From the NCBI RefSeq assembly GCF_963921235.1, contig NC_086108.1, positions 107,634,001 to 107,698,000 on the forward strand: a DNA stretch of 64,000 nucleotides, written 5' to 3'. A program made the position numbers and the translations under genes. Positions 26,283-37,497 of this stretch are shown here, piece by piece (within the stretch, counting starts at the first letter, position 1; the number at the start of each line of letters is the position of its first letter). The notes beneath the pieces are model-generated. The model had not been told where the DNA came from and did no database searches. It saw nothing but the letters and a program-made list of their open reading frames with translations. This stretch comes from Mobula hypostoma (lineage: Eukaryota).

Positions 26283-28075
26283 TCGCACAGTTTGCCTTCT
26301 TCTACACATTGGTTGTTTGTCAGTCTTTGTCTGTTAATGTATAATTGTTTTTGTAAATTTTGTTTTAAAGGTGAGAGATGAGAGGGGGTAATTTTATAGG
26401 AGGTGTGAGAGGTAAGTTTTTTACACAGAGTGTAGTGTGTGCCTGGACTGTGTTGCCTGGAGTGGTGGTGGAGGCAGATACATTAGGGGCTCTTAAGAGA
26501 TGTTTAGATAGGCACATGAAAGTGTGGAAAATGGAGGGATAGGGACGTTGTGTAGGCAGAGGAGATTAGTTAGCCATTTGATTACTAATTTATTTGGTTC
26601 AGCACAACATTGTGGCTAAAGGGCCGATTTCTGTTCTATGTACTACGTTCGATTGTATTTCTTTTTTCCCCTGTAATTGCCTGCAAGGAAATGAATCTCA
26701 AGGTAGTATATCGTAACATTTATGTACTTTGATAAATTTACTTTGAACATTCCAAGGATTGGAGTTCAAATGCCACCTGTTGATCTTAAATTTAGTTAAT
26801 AATCTGGAACGATCAAAAAACGTTATTAGTGGCGATGACCATAATTCATCAGGGCTGTGTTTTGGCTCCTTAATCACTTTCAGAAGAGGAAGTCTGCCCG
26901 ACTTCCCCCGGGTCTGGCCTACCTGTGACTGCAGACCTGTGAATGTGTATTGAACTTTAAATGGCTCTCCAAACCATCATTCATCCATTTCACAGCTGCA
27001 ATGTTTTAAACATTTAACGAAAGATGGGCAATCCCACAAGAGGGTGTTCCACGGGTTGGCCCCAAATGCCTCAAAATTAATAATTTTTTAGAATGTGCCT
27101 CAGACTTTGACCTCGGACTTCACCAATCTGTACAATTGACAGGCAGTGTGCATCTGGAATCTATCATGGCACTAGACTCCCCAACATTGAGGACATCTTC
27201 AAAAGGCAATGCCTCACAAAGGCGGCATTCATCATCAAAGACCCTCACCATGCCTTCTTAGACCTTAAGACCATAAGAAATACTGCAGAAGCAGAAGGCC
27301 ATTTGGCCTAGTTCTACTCCATCATTTTACCATAGCTCCACCATTTTCTCTCTCAGTTCCAGTCTCTTGCCTTCTCCCCATATCACTTCATGTCCCAACC
27401 AATCAGGAATCTATCAACCTCTGCCTTAAATATACCCAGTGACTTGGGCTCCATGGCCTTCTTCTTATTGCTACCATTGAGGTGGAGGTACAAGAACCTA
27501 AAGACTGCTTTAGGAACAGCGTCTTCCCCTCCACCATCGTATTTCTGAGCAGTACATGAACCCATGAACACCACTTAAGTACTTTGCTCTCTTTTTGCTT
27601 TTTCATATATTTCTTATTGTAACTTATGGTGATCTTTCTTGTGTATTGTTCTGTACTGTTGCCGCAAAACAACAAATTTCATGATGTATGCCTGAGGTTA
27701 GACTTGATTCTGATTCTGATTCTTAACAAACATCAGTGTTTTATCCTCTTCACTAATGAGCACTGGTATTTGGCTCTTGCTCCGTAACTTCTCAATTCTT
27801 TTGGTAAGCTGGTGAATAGATTTATGTACACGTACTAAGGTACAGTGTAAAGTGTGTCTGGGATGCCGTCCGTACAGATCATTTCATTACAATGGTGCTT
27901 TGAGGTGGTACAAGGTAAAACAATAACAGAATACAGAATAAAGTCAAAAGCACAAGAGATTCCGAGATTCTGCAGATGCCGGAAATCCAGAGGAACACAA
28001 ACAAAAAGCTGGAGGATTGAGTAGGTTAGGATTTTACTCCTTGGAATGTAGAAGATTGAGAGGATACTTTATAGT

Positions 28076-28382
28076 ACTTACTGCCCGTAATGCTGCTGGT
28101 GTTTAGGCCAGCAATGAAGGTCCGCCATCTGTCTGTATAGAAGGATTCTTCATTGCTGTTTCCATGACCAGTCAGGGTGGTTTGCCCTGAGCTGAGCACC
28201 CAAACCCTTGAGGACTGGTGCACCGTTCTTAGTCTGGTCTCTACCCTTTGACCTGCCTGGCATGGGTGACCCTTCCTAGAGTCAAAGCACAAGGCTCTGG
28301 CTCCAGCCAACATAGCTCTCCTGTAAGTTGAGGCATGCAAGCCTCCTAAACTTACAACAAGGTTGTGGTTCTCTTGGAGGCT
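28076..28382 (-). mobile_element. RTE (Expander/Rex3-like)-derived non-autonomous repeat
   Basis: reverse-complement homolog of 53278-53672; interrupts a CR1 remnant. Confidence 0.6.
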
Positions 28383-28764
28383 ATTTAATAGAGGTGTATA
28401 AATTTATGAGGGGTAGAGATAGGCTTTTTCAACTGAGCTTGGTGGGGCTACAGGTCATGGGTGAAGTGTGCAGTTTAAGGGGAACATGAGGGGAAACTTC
28501 TTCACTCAGAGGGTCATGGGAGTGTGAAATAAGCTGCCAGCACAAGTGGTGCATGCAAACTCGATTTCAACATTTCAGAGAAATTTGGATAGGGACGTGG
28601 ATGGTCCTGGTGCAGGTTGATGGGGTAGGGAGTTTAAATGGTGTGATATAGACTAGATGGACCAAATAGCCTGTTTCTGTGCTGTACTTTTCTGTTACTC
28701 TATGGCACTAACTCTCCAAAAATGCTGGTCAGGCGGCATCTGTGGAAATGAATAAACACTGGCA

Positions 28765-30592
28765 GGGATGACAGCAGAGCGGCAATGACTGAATTTCTGG
28801 AAGCAATTCGGAAGGCACAGGATATGTACATCCCAAAGAGAAAGGAGTATTCTAAAGGAAAAATGACACAACCGTGGCTAACAAGAAGTCAAAGCCAACA
28901 TAAAAGCCAAAGAGATGGCATATAATAGAGCAAAGATTAATGGGAAGTTAGAGGATTCAGACGCTTTTAAAAACCAACAGAAAGTAACTAAAAAATGTCA
29001 TTGAGAAGGTAAAGATGGAATACAAAAGTAAGCTAGCCAATAATATTAAAGAAGATACCAAAGTTTCTTCAGATTCATAAAGTGTAAAAGCAAAGTGAAA
29101 GTGGACATCGGACCGCTTGAAAATGATGTTGGAGAGGTGGTATTAGCAGACAAGGAACTGAATAAGTATTTTGCATCACCCTGTGGATAAGTCACCACAG
29201 GGCTCTGAAAGTGGCGGCTGAAGAAATTGTGGAGGCATTAGTAATGATCTTGCAAGAATCTCTAGATTTTGGAATGGTTCTAGAAGACTGGAAACTGCAA
29301 ATGTCACTCCACTCTTCAAGAAGGGAGAGAGGCAGAAGAAAGTAAACTATAGACCAGTTAGTCTGACCTCAGTAGTGGCGAAGATGTTGAAGTCAATTAT
29401 TAAGGATGACGTCTCAGGGTACTTGGAGGCACATGATAAAATAGGCCATAGTCAGCATGGTTTCCTAAAGGGAAAATCTTGCCCGACAAATCTGATAGAA
29501 TTCTTTGAAGAAATAAGAAGTAGGATAGACAAAGGAAAATTGATTGATGTTGTGTACTTGGATTTCCAGAAGGCCTTTGACAAGGTGCCACACACAAGGC
29601 TGCTTAACAAGCTACGAACCCAGGGTGTTACAGGGAAGGTTCTAGAATGGATAAGGCAGTGCTGATTGGCAGGAGGAAAAGTGTGTGGAAAAAGGGTACT
29701 TTTTCTGGTAGGGTACCAGTGAATAGTGGTGTTCCACAAGAGTCTGTGTTGGGACCGATTCTTTTTATATTATATGTTAATGAATTGGATGCTGGAATTG
29801 ATGGCTTTGTTGCAAAGTTTGCAGACGATATGAAGATAGGTGGATGGGCAGGTAGTTTTCAGGAAGTAGAGAGGCTACAAAAGGACTTAGACATATTCGG
29901 AGAATGGGCAAAGAAATGGCAGATTGAATACGGTGTTGGGAAGCGAATGGTCATGCAATTTTGGTAGAAGAAATGAAAGGTTTAACTATTTTCTAAGTGG
30001 AGAGAAAATACAAAAAACTGAGTTGCAAAAGGACTTGGGAGTCCATGTGCGGGATTCCTGACAGGTCAATTTGCAGGTTGACTCAGTGGTGAGGAAGGCG
30101 AATGCAATGTTAGCATTCATTTCAAGAGGACTGGAATATAAGTGCAAGGATGTAATGTTGAGACTTTATAAAGCACTGGTAGGGCTTCACTTGGAGTATT
30201 GTGAGCAGTTTTAGGCTCCTTGCGATGTGCTAAAACTCAGGAGGGTTCAAAGGAGGTTTACGAAAATTATTGTGGGTTTGAACAGCTTGTCATGTGACGA
30301 GAGTTTGACGGCTCTGGACCTGGGCAGTCTCAGAATAAAGGGTTGTCCTTTTAGAATGGAGATGAGGAGGAATTTCTTTAGATAGAGAGTGGTGAATCTG
30401 TGAAATTCGTTGCCACAGGCAGCTGTGGAGGCCAAGTCTGTATGTATATTTAAAGCAGTCATTGATAAATTCTTGATTGGTCAGGGCATGAAGGGATAAG
30501 GGGAGGAGACAGGAGATTGGGATTGAGAGCAGAATTGGATCAGCCATGGTGAAATGTTGGAGCAGCAGACTCAGTGGGCCAAATGTTCTAAT
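28765..30592 (+). mobile_element. degenerate CR1 LINE
   Basis: SQHGFLKGKSCPTNLIEFFE, YLDFQKAFDKVPH, KFADDMK; 3' end continues after 31297. Confidence 0.93.
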
Positions 30593-31297
30593 TAGACAAT
30601 AGACAATAGGTGCAGGAGTAGGCCATTTGGCCCTTCGAGCCAGCACCGCCATTCACTGTGATCATGGCTGATCATCCACAATCAGTATCCAGTTCCTGCC
30701 TTATCCCCATAACCTTTGATTCCACTATCTTTAAGAGCTCTATCCATCTCTTTCTTGAAAGCATCCAGAGACTTGGCCTCCACAGCCTTCTGGGGCAGAG
30801 CATTCCATATATCCACCACTCTCTGGGTGAAAAAGTTTTCCCTCAGCTCCATTCTAAATGGCCTACCCTTTATTCTTAAACTGAGGCCTCTAGTTCTGGA
30901 CTCACCCATCAGTGGGAACATGCTTCCTGCCTCCAGCGTGTCCAATCCCTTAATAATCTTATATGTTTCAATAAGATCCCCTCTCAGCCTTCTAAATTCC
31001 AGAGTATACAAGCCCAGTCGCTCCAATGTTTCGACATATGACAGTCCCTCCATCCCAGGAATTAACCTTGTGAACCGATGCTGCACTCCCTCAATAGCAA
31101 GAATGTCCTTCCTTAAATTTGGAGACCAAAACTGCACATAGTACTCCAGGTGTGGTCTCACCAGGGCCCTGTACAGCTGCAGAAGGACCTCTTTGCTCTT
31201 ATACTCAATTCCCCTTGTTATGAAGGCCAGCATGCCATTAGCTTTCTTCACTGCCTGCTGTACTTGCATGCTTGCTTTCAGTGACTGATGTACAAGT
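30593..31297 (-). mobile_element. young CR1 3' fragment nested antisense in the older CR1 tail
   Basis: intact 195-aa ORF 30682-31269 (RT C-terminus); (ATTGTCT)n tail; CTAATT repeated at both flanks. Confidence 0.93.
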
Positions 31298-31564
31298 ACT
31301 AATTCTGCTCCTATGTCTTGTGGTCTCGGGATTTTATCATCTCGCCAAAACCCTGAATGAAGATTGAAGTGTTAGAGTTACGGAGGATGTGCCGCACAGG
31401 CAGACATTCAGATAGAAAGCCACAACGTGGCAAATCGTGAAGTTAAGAATCTTATCTCAGCATACCAGGGAAACATTTCATGGAGTCATTGTCATGGAGA
31501 CCTGCAGCACAGGAAAGTGCACCGTCCCATCTGGTCCATGCTGGTTGTTTCTATTTATTCAGAG

Positions 31565-31644
31565 CAGGGCTTCCCAACCTTCTTTATGCCTTGGAGCCCT
31601 ATCAGTAAATGAGGGGTGTGCGGCCCCCGGGTTGGGACACCCTG
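31565..31644. mobile_element. hAT/Charlie-like mini-MITE (80 bp)
   Basis: TIR CAGGGCTTCCCAACC / GGTTGGGACACCCTG; degenerate 8-bp TSD. Confidence 0.75.
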
Positions 31645-32234
31645 ATTTACAGCTACAGCACAGTAACACTCTCCTCCATGCCAATGACTCCGTGGCAACC
31701 AGCCACACCTATGTGACCAATTAACCTACTAATCTGTACATCTTTGGACTGTGGGAGGAAACTGGAGCTCCAGAAGGAAGTCCATGTAGTCACGTGGTAA
31801 AAAGTACTTACTCCTTACAGACAGAGGTAGAACTGATCACAGATCACTGGCGCTAAAATAGTGTTATGTTAACTGCTCTACTGCTGTGATAGTCTCATCT
31901 AACTACACCCAGACTATATCCCTCCATTCCTCGCTCCAAACTTTTCTTAAATGTTACAATTGAACCCAGATCCACCATTTCTGCTGGAAGTTCATTCCAC
32001 ACTCTTACCAACCTCTGAGTGAAGAAGTTTCCCCTCAGATTCCCCTCTAATATTTCATCTTTCATCCTTAACCTTTGACCTCTAGTTCTAGTCATGGGTG
32101 AAAATGCCTGCATGCATTTACCCTGTCTATACCACTCAGAATTTTGGAACTCTCTATAAAGATCTATCTCCCCCATATCTATCTATCTCAATAAGATCTG
32201 ATGTACAAGAGTGTGATAGAATTAGAATCATTCA

Positions 32235-32682
32235 CCTCTCCCATTAACAAGGCATTTGTAAGAACTGCAACTTACTGGATATTTTTCAAGCAACATACAT
32301 CAAAGTTGCTGGTGAACGCAGCAGGCCAAGCAGCATCTATAGGAAGAGGCGCAGTCGACGTTTCAGCCCGAGACCCTTCGTCTGGATATTTTTCAGTTCT
32401 TTTGCACCATTCTCTGTAAACTCCAGAGACCGTTGTGTGTGAAAATCCCAGGAGATCAGCAGTTTCTGAGACACCCAAACCACCCCATCTGGCACCAACA
32501 ATCGTTCCAAAATCAGAGTCGCTTAGATCACATTTCTTCCCCATTCTGATTTTGGACAGAACAACACCTGAACCTCATGACCATGTCTGTATGCTTTTAT
32601 GCATTGAGTTGCTGTGAAGTGAATTAGATATTTGCATCAACAAGCCAATGTACAGGTGTACCTAATAAAGTGGCCACAGAGT
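32235..32682 (-). mobile_element. Tc1-like element remnant with transposase HTH
   Basis: MGKKCDLSDSDFGTIVGARWGGLGVSETADLLGFSHTTVSGVYREW; terminus CCTAATAAAGTGGCCAC. Confidence 0.85.
32289..32381 (-). mobile_element. Penelope-like single-arm insertion inside Tc1 remnant
   Basis: perfect 14-bp TSD CTGGATATTTTTCA (32275-32288 / 32382-32395); sequence matches 56057-56150. Confidence 0.9.
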
Positions 32683-33769
32683 TTGTCCGTTCAGAAATCT
32701 GATGAAGGAGAGAGGAAGCTGTTGCCAAAAGATAGAGTGTGGGTCTTCAGCCTTTTGTACCTCCTCTCTGATGGTAGAAATTACAAAAGGGCTCATCCTG
32801 GGTGATGGGTCCTTAATGATGAACACCTTTTTGAGGCATCGCCTTTTGAAGATGGTGTCGCGGTGTGCACTTACAGGACTGGATCCAAATGCAGAGAAAC
32901 AGGAGACTTTCTCAGGGTCGCTGTTGGCACTGACTCAATCCAGGTGTGGTGGACAGCAGGCTTACATCTCAACCCAGGAGTGGCTGAATGACTGAATCCC
33001 CAAGAAGAGACGGAAACAAGGTTAGGCATAGGATTATGAACATAGACTTGGAGGGACGACCGAGTGACACCACATGACTAATCATTCTCTATAATGCAGT
33101 GGGGGTTCATTATAGATTTAACCAGAGACTCTTATAGATAATCATAGAATGCAGTAAACAGGTGCCAGTCATAATTAACTTGACAAGATTAAACCAAAAG
33201 CACAAGGGCTTACAGACTAGTTAAGATAACAGTTGGTAAATACCAGTGCTGGAGAAACCAAGAAGATCAATGTTCTACCCACAGAGCTGCGGACTGATAG
33301 CCTCGGTGGTCAGAGACTTCCTCAACCCATGCTTGAGCTGAAACCCGAGTAGTACAGTGGTTACTGTCTCGTTTCCTGAATCAGCAAGTGTAGGTCAAGG
33401 TGAGCAACCTGAACAGATGACACCTGTATGGTTCTGTTGGTCAGGTGAGGAGAGCAGTCATGATCTTGTCTCCTCCGTGGCCCTATCTTGTGGACAGACA
33501 GCGGATCGAGCTTGTTGGAGACACAAGAAACCAGAAATGCTGTAAACTGGCGCAATGACACACCAACTTCTGGAAGAAATAGAGAAGATAAGCACATTGT
33601 GGACTTTGGTGTCATGGTAGTGTCGCGGTTAGTGTAACACTGTTACAGTGCTGTGTAGGTTTCCTCCAGGTGCTCCAGTTTCCTCCCATATTCCAAAGGC
33701 ATGCAGATTAATTAGTTACTTGCTCACATGGGTACCAATGGGCAGTGCGGACTTGCTGGGCCATAATGA

Positions 33770-34240
33770 AACCATAAGACAATTACATGTAGTAGCAGAC
33801 TTAGGCTATTTGGCCCATCGAGTCTGCCCCATTTAATCATGGCTGATCCAATTTTCCCTCTCATCCCCAAATCTCCTGCATTCTCTCCATGTCCCTTCAT
33901 GCCCTGACTAATCAAAGATCTGTCAAACTCTACCTTAAATATCCCCAATGACTTGGTCTCCAAAGCCACCTGTGGCAACGATTTCCACAGATTCACCACT
34001 TCCTGACTAAAGAAATTCCTCCTCATATCCATTCTAAAAGGATGCTCCTATATTCTGAGGCTGTGTCCTCCGGTCTTAGACTCCCCCACCATAGGAAGCA
34101 CCCTCTCCACATTTACTCTATCGAGGCCTTTCAACATTCAATAGGTTTCAATGAGGTCACCCCTCAATCTTCTGAATTCCAGAGAGTACAAGCCCAGAGC
34201 TATCAAACACTCCTCATATAATAAACATTTCAATACCGAC
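33770..34240 (-). mobile_element. CR1 3' fragment
   Basis: MRRNFFSQEVVNLWKSLPQ. Confidence 0.85.
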
Positions 34241-34419
34241 CTGTTAACATACTGTATCTTTAAATAAACTATATTAAATATAAATATTAAACATAAGCAT
34301 GTAATGGATAACTCACAAAAATACTGCAGAGTCTCAGCAAGTCAAGCAGTATCTGTGGAGGGGAATAACTAGCTGGCGCTCATTTCCTCCGGGTGCTCTG
34401 GTTTTCTCCCACATTATAA

Positions 34420-35500
34420 ATACCTGTGTCAGGATGCTGCTTATTGACCTCAGCTCAAAGTTTAACACCATCGTTCCTAAATTCCCGATCGAAAAGTTCC
34501 AGAACCTGAGCCTCCCTCTGCTTCTGGATCCTTGACTTCCTAACGGGAGACCACAGTCCGTGCAGATTGGTAGTAACATCTCCACCTCTTTGACAATCAG
34601 TAATGGAGCACCTCAGGGGTGTGTGCTTAGCCCACTGCTCTACTCTCTCTACACCCACAATTGTGTGGCTAGGCATAGCTCAATGCCATCTATAAATTTG
34701 CTGATGACATTGTTGGCAGAATCTCAGATAGTGACAAGCGAGCATACAGGAGCAAGATATACCAGCCAGTTGAGCGGTGTCACAGCAACAACATTGCACT
34801 CAGTAAGCTAAAGAGCTGCTTGTGGACTTCAGAAAGGATAAAACCAAGGAACCCACAGCAGTCCTCATTGAGGGATCAGAAGTGGAGAGAATGAGCAATT
34901 TCAGGTTCATAGGTGTTCCTCACCTGGTCCCAACATATCGACGCAGCTGTGAAGAAGGCAAGACGGCAACTATGTATATTTCATTAGAAGTTTGAGAAGA
35001 TTTGTATTGTCACTAACTGGCTGCATCACAGTCTGGTAAGGGGTCGGGGGATGGGGTTGCTACTGCGCAGGATTGAAAGAAGCTGCAGAGAGTTGTAAAC
35101 TTAATCAGCTCTATCATGGGCACTAGCCTTTGCAGTATCCAAGATGTCTTCATGGACCGGTGCCCCAGAAAGGCAGTGTCCATCTCTGAGGACCTCCACC
35201 ACGCAGGACATACCCTCTTCCCATTGTTACCATCAGGAATGAGGTCCGGGAGCCGTTAGGCACATACTCAATGATTCAGGAACAGCTTCTTCCCCTCGGT
35301 CATCAGATTTCTGAATGGACATTGAACCCATGACCACTACCTCACTGCTTTTTTTCTTGCACTACTTACTTCATTTAACTATTTAATATATACTTACTGT
35401 AATTCACAGTTTTTTTCCATATTACCATGCACTGCATTGTACTGCTGCCACAAGTATAACAAATTTCACGGCATACACCAGAGATATTAAACCTGATTTT
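34420..35500 (+). mobile_element. Rex1/Babar LINE remnant
   Basis: [25 protein letters not shown] plus typical 3' region. Confidence 0.88.
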
Positions 35501-35669
35501 GACATTCCAAAGGCGTACAGAATAATGGGTTAATTTGGAATTTGGTTACACGGGTGTAATTGCACGGCATGAGCTCACTGGGCCAGAAGAGCCTGTTTTC
35601 GTGCTGTGTCTCTAAATCAAAAAAAGTAGAAAATTGTTCTGGCCTACTTATATCCCACAATCAGCATCA

Positions 35670-35835
35670 CTTTTAAAATTAGCATATTGTCTGATCATTG
35701 TCACATTCTTCCATGCTGAAAACTCCCGCTGGTAAAAGAAATTGGCTGTTGCATTTCTTACAAAGTGAATAAAACTGCAAAAAAACATTCTATTTGTTGG
35801 AAGGGCTCAGAATTTCCTGAGGTTATGAAAGACTT
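35670..35835 (+). mobile_element. possible ancient Deu-domain SINE remnant
   Basis: AAATTGGCTGTTGCATTTCTTACA...CCTGAGGTTATGAAAG resembles my recollection of the Deu-domain/SacSINE 3' part. Confidence 0.45.
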
Positions 35836-36091
35836 ATTGAAGGGAGGGACCAGCAACAGTCCTGGAATGTGGGCAGCCCGTAAATGACACCACGCTTCTG
35901 GCGCCAACAAAGCGTGCCGACAACTCACTAAGCCTAACCCCTATGTCATTTGGAATATGGGAGGAAACCACAACACTTGCGGGAAATCCACATGATCATG
36001 CAGGGAACGTGCAAACTCTGGATAGTGATCCATGGTCACCTGTGCTGTAATAGTGTTACCATGGTCAAAGTCAAAGTAAATTTATTATCGA

Positions 36092-36302
36092 GCAACACAC
36101 ATCAAAGTTGCTGGTGAACGCAACTTTCTAGGAAGAGGTACAGTCGACGTTTCAGGCCAAGACCCTTCGTCAGGAAACGTCGCCTGAAATGTCGACTGTA
36201 TCTCGTCCTAGAGATGCTGCCTGGCCTGCTGCGTTCACCAGCAACTTTGATGTGTGTTGCTTGAATTTCCAGCATCTGCAGAATTCCTGTTGTTTGTGTT
36301 TT
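36092..36302. mobile_element. Penelope-like fold-back insertion
   Basis: 36092-36174 is inverted relative to about 36182-36260, followed by the 38-nt tail; perfect 15-bp TSD TAAATTTATTATCGA (36077-36091 / 36303-36317). Confidence 0.9.
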
Positions 36303-36321
36303 TAAATTTATTATCGATGTG

Positions 36322-36865
36322 TGTTTCTGTCATCGACAAAGGCAATGTGGCGTGCAGGATCACCAGTGGAGACTGCAACAAAATCTACATCGGTCAGACA
36401 GGACGTAAACTCTCAACAGGTTTTATGAGAACACAAACTGGCAGTATGGAAACACGATCCACTGTCGCTGATCTTGATTCACGAAGGCCGAGAAGGACAC
36501 CACTTTAACTGGGATATCTCGGAGTTTCTCGTGCAGGCAAACATGAAGCAGGCTGGAGAATTTTTAGAAATGTGGTTCTCTTCTGATAACTCCGTAAACA
36601 GACATATTGAAATAGACGCCATCGACAGACCCCCTAAGAGCCAAAGAAACACCAGCCAATAGAATTCAAAGGTCAGCTGAAGGGGCAGCCAATCAGGACT
36701 GAAGCAAGCGAACGGGACCTATATAAACGTGAGCACTCCCAGAGAGAAACACCAACAACTGCCCACTAAGGGTGTCACCTCGACTGGTGATGAAACATCT
36801 GCAAGCTAATTGGCAAGCTGTGTGAACACCACAACATCGAAGGCCTCAACCCCAGCTACCAGTAT
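36322..36865 (+). mobile_element. second Penelope-like family (Poseidon-type) GIY-YIG remnant with pLTR
   Basis: DKGNVACRITSGDCNKIYIGQTGRKL and GHHFNWD...EFLEMWFSSDNSVNRHIEID; downstream CCAAT, TATATAAA and a degenerate hammerhead. Confidence 0.8.
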
Positions 36866-37441
36866 GAGTCACCTTTTCCTGTACCACCTTGAGATTTGAT
36901 TTCTCACAGGCAGTTACAGGAAAATAAAGAAATACAATAGAATTTATGAAAAACTGGACTTTAACAAAGACTGACAAACAACCAGTGTGCAAAAGAAGTC
37001 CAATAGAGTAAATAAATAATACAGAGAAAATGTGTCGCAGAGTCCTTGGAAGTGAGTCTGTAGGTTGTGGAATTGGTTCAGATTTGTGGTGAGTGAAGTT
37101 ATCCAGGCCAGTTAAAGAGCCTGATGGACTGCAGGGTAATTTGATGGGCCAAATGGCCTAATACTACTGTGGGTCTTATGGTCTTATAGCTGTTCTTGAA
37201 CATGGTGTGTGGTATACTGAGAACAGAGTGTTCGGCAGCATCTGTGGAGGGAACAGTTGACTTTTTGAGCCGAGGAATAAAAAGGGAGAAGAGGCCATGC
37301 CACTTACAGACAAATGCAGGAATTGAAACTCGATCGCTGGTGCTATAAAGTATTACACAAACCATTGCGCTATCATATCCCCCCACTGTGACCATCCCGT
37401 AGGGGGCACAGTATCACAACGGTTAGCATCAGGCTTTACAG

Positions 37442-37497
37442 CAGGAGGTTCCCAACCGTCTTTATGCCATAGACACCTCCCACATCAGGAATCCCTG
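37442..37497. mobile_element. hAT/Charlie-like mini-MITE (deleted copy)
   Basis: perfect 8-bp TSD CTTTACAG (37434-37441 / 37498-37505); CAGG...CCTG ends. Confidence 0.8.

Noticed and set aside
32857..33560. possible LTR remnant(s)
   Set aside because: TGTC...TGACA-like ends are present, but I found no TSD or clear boundaries.
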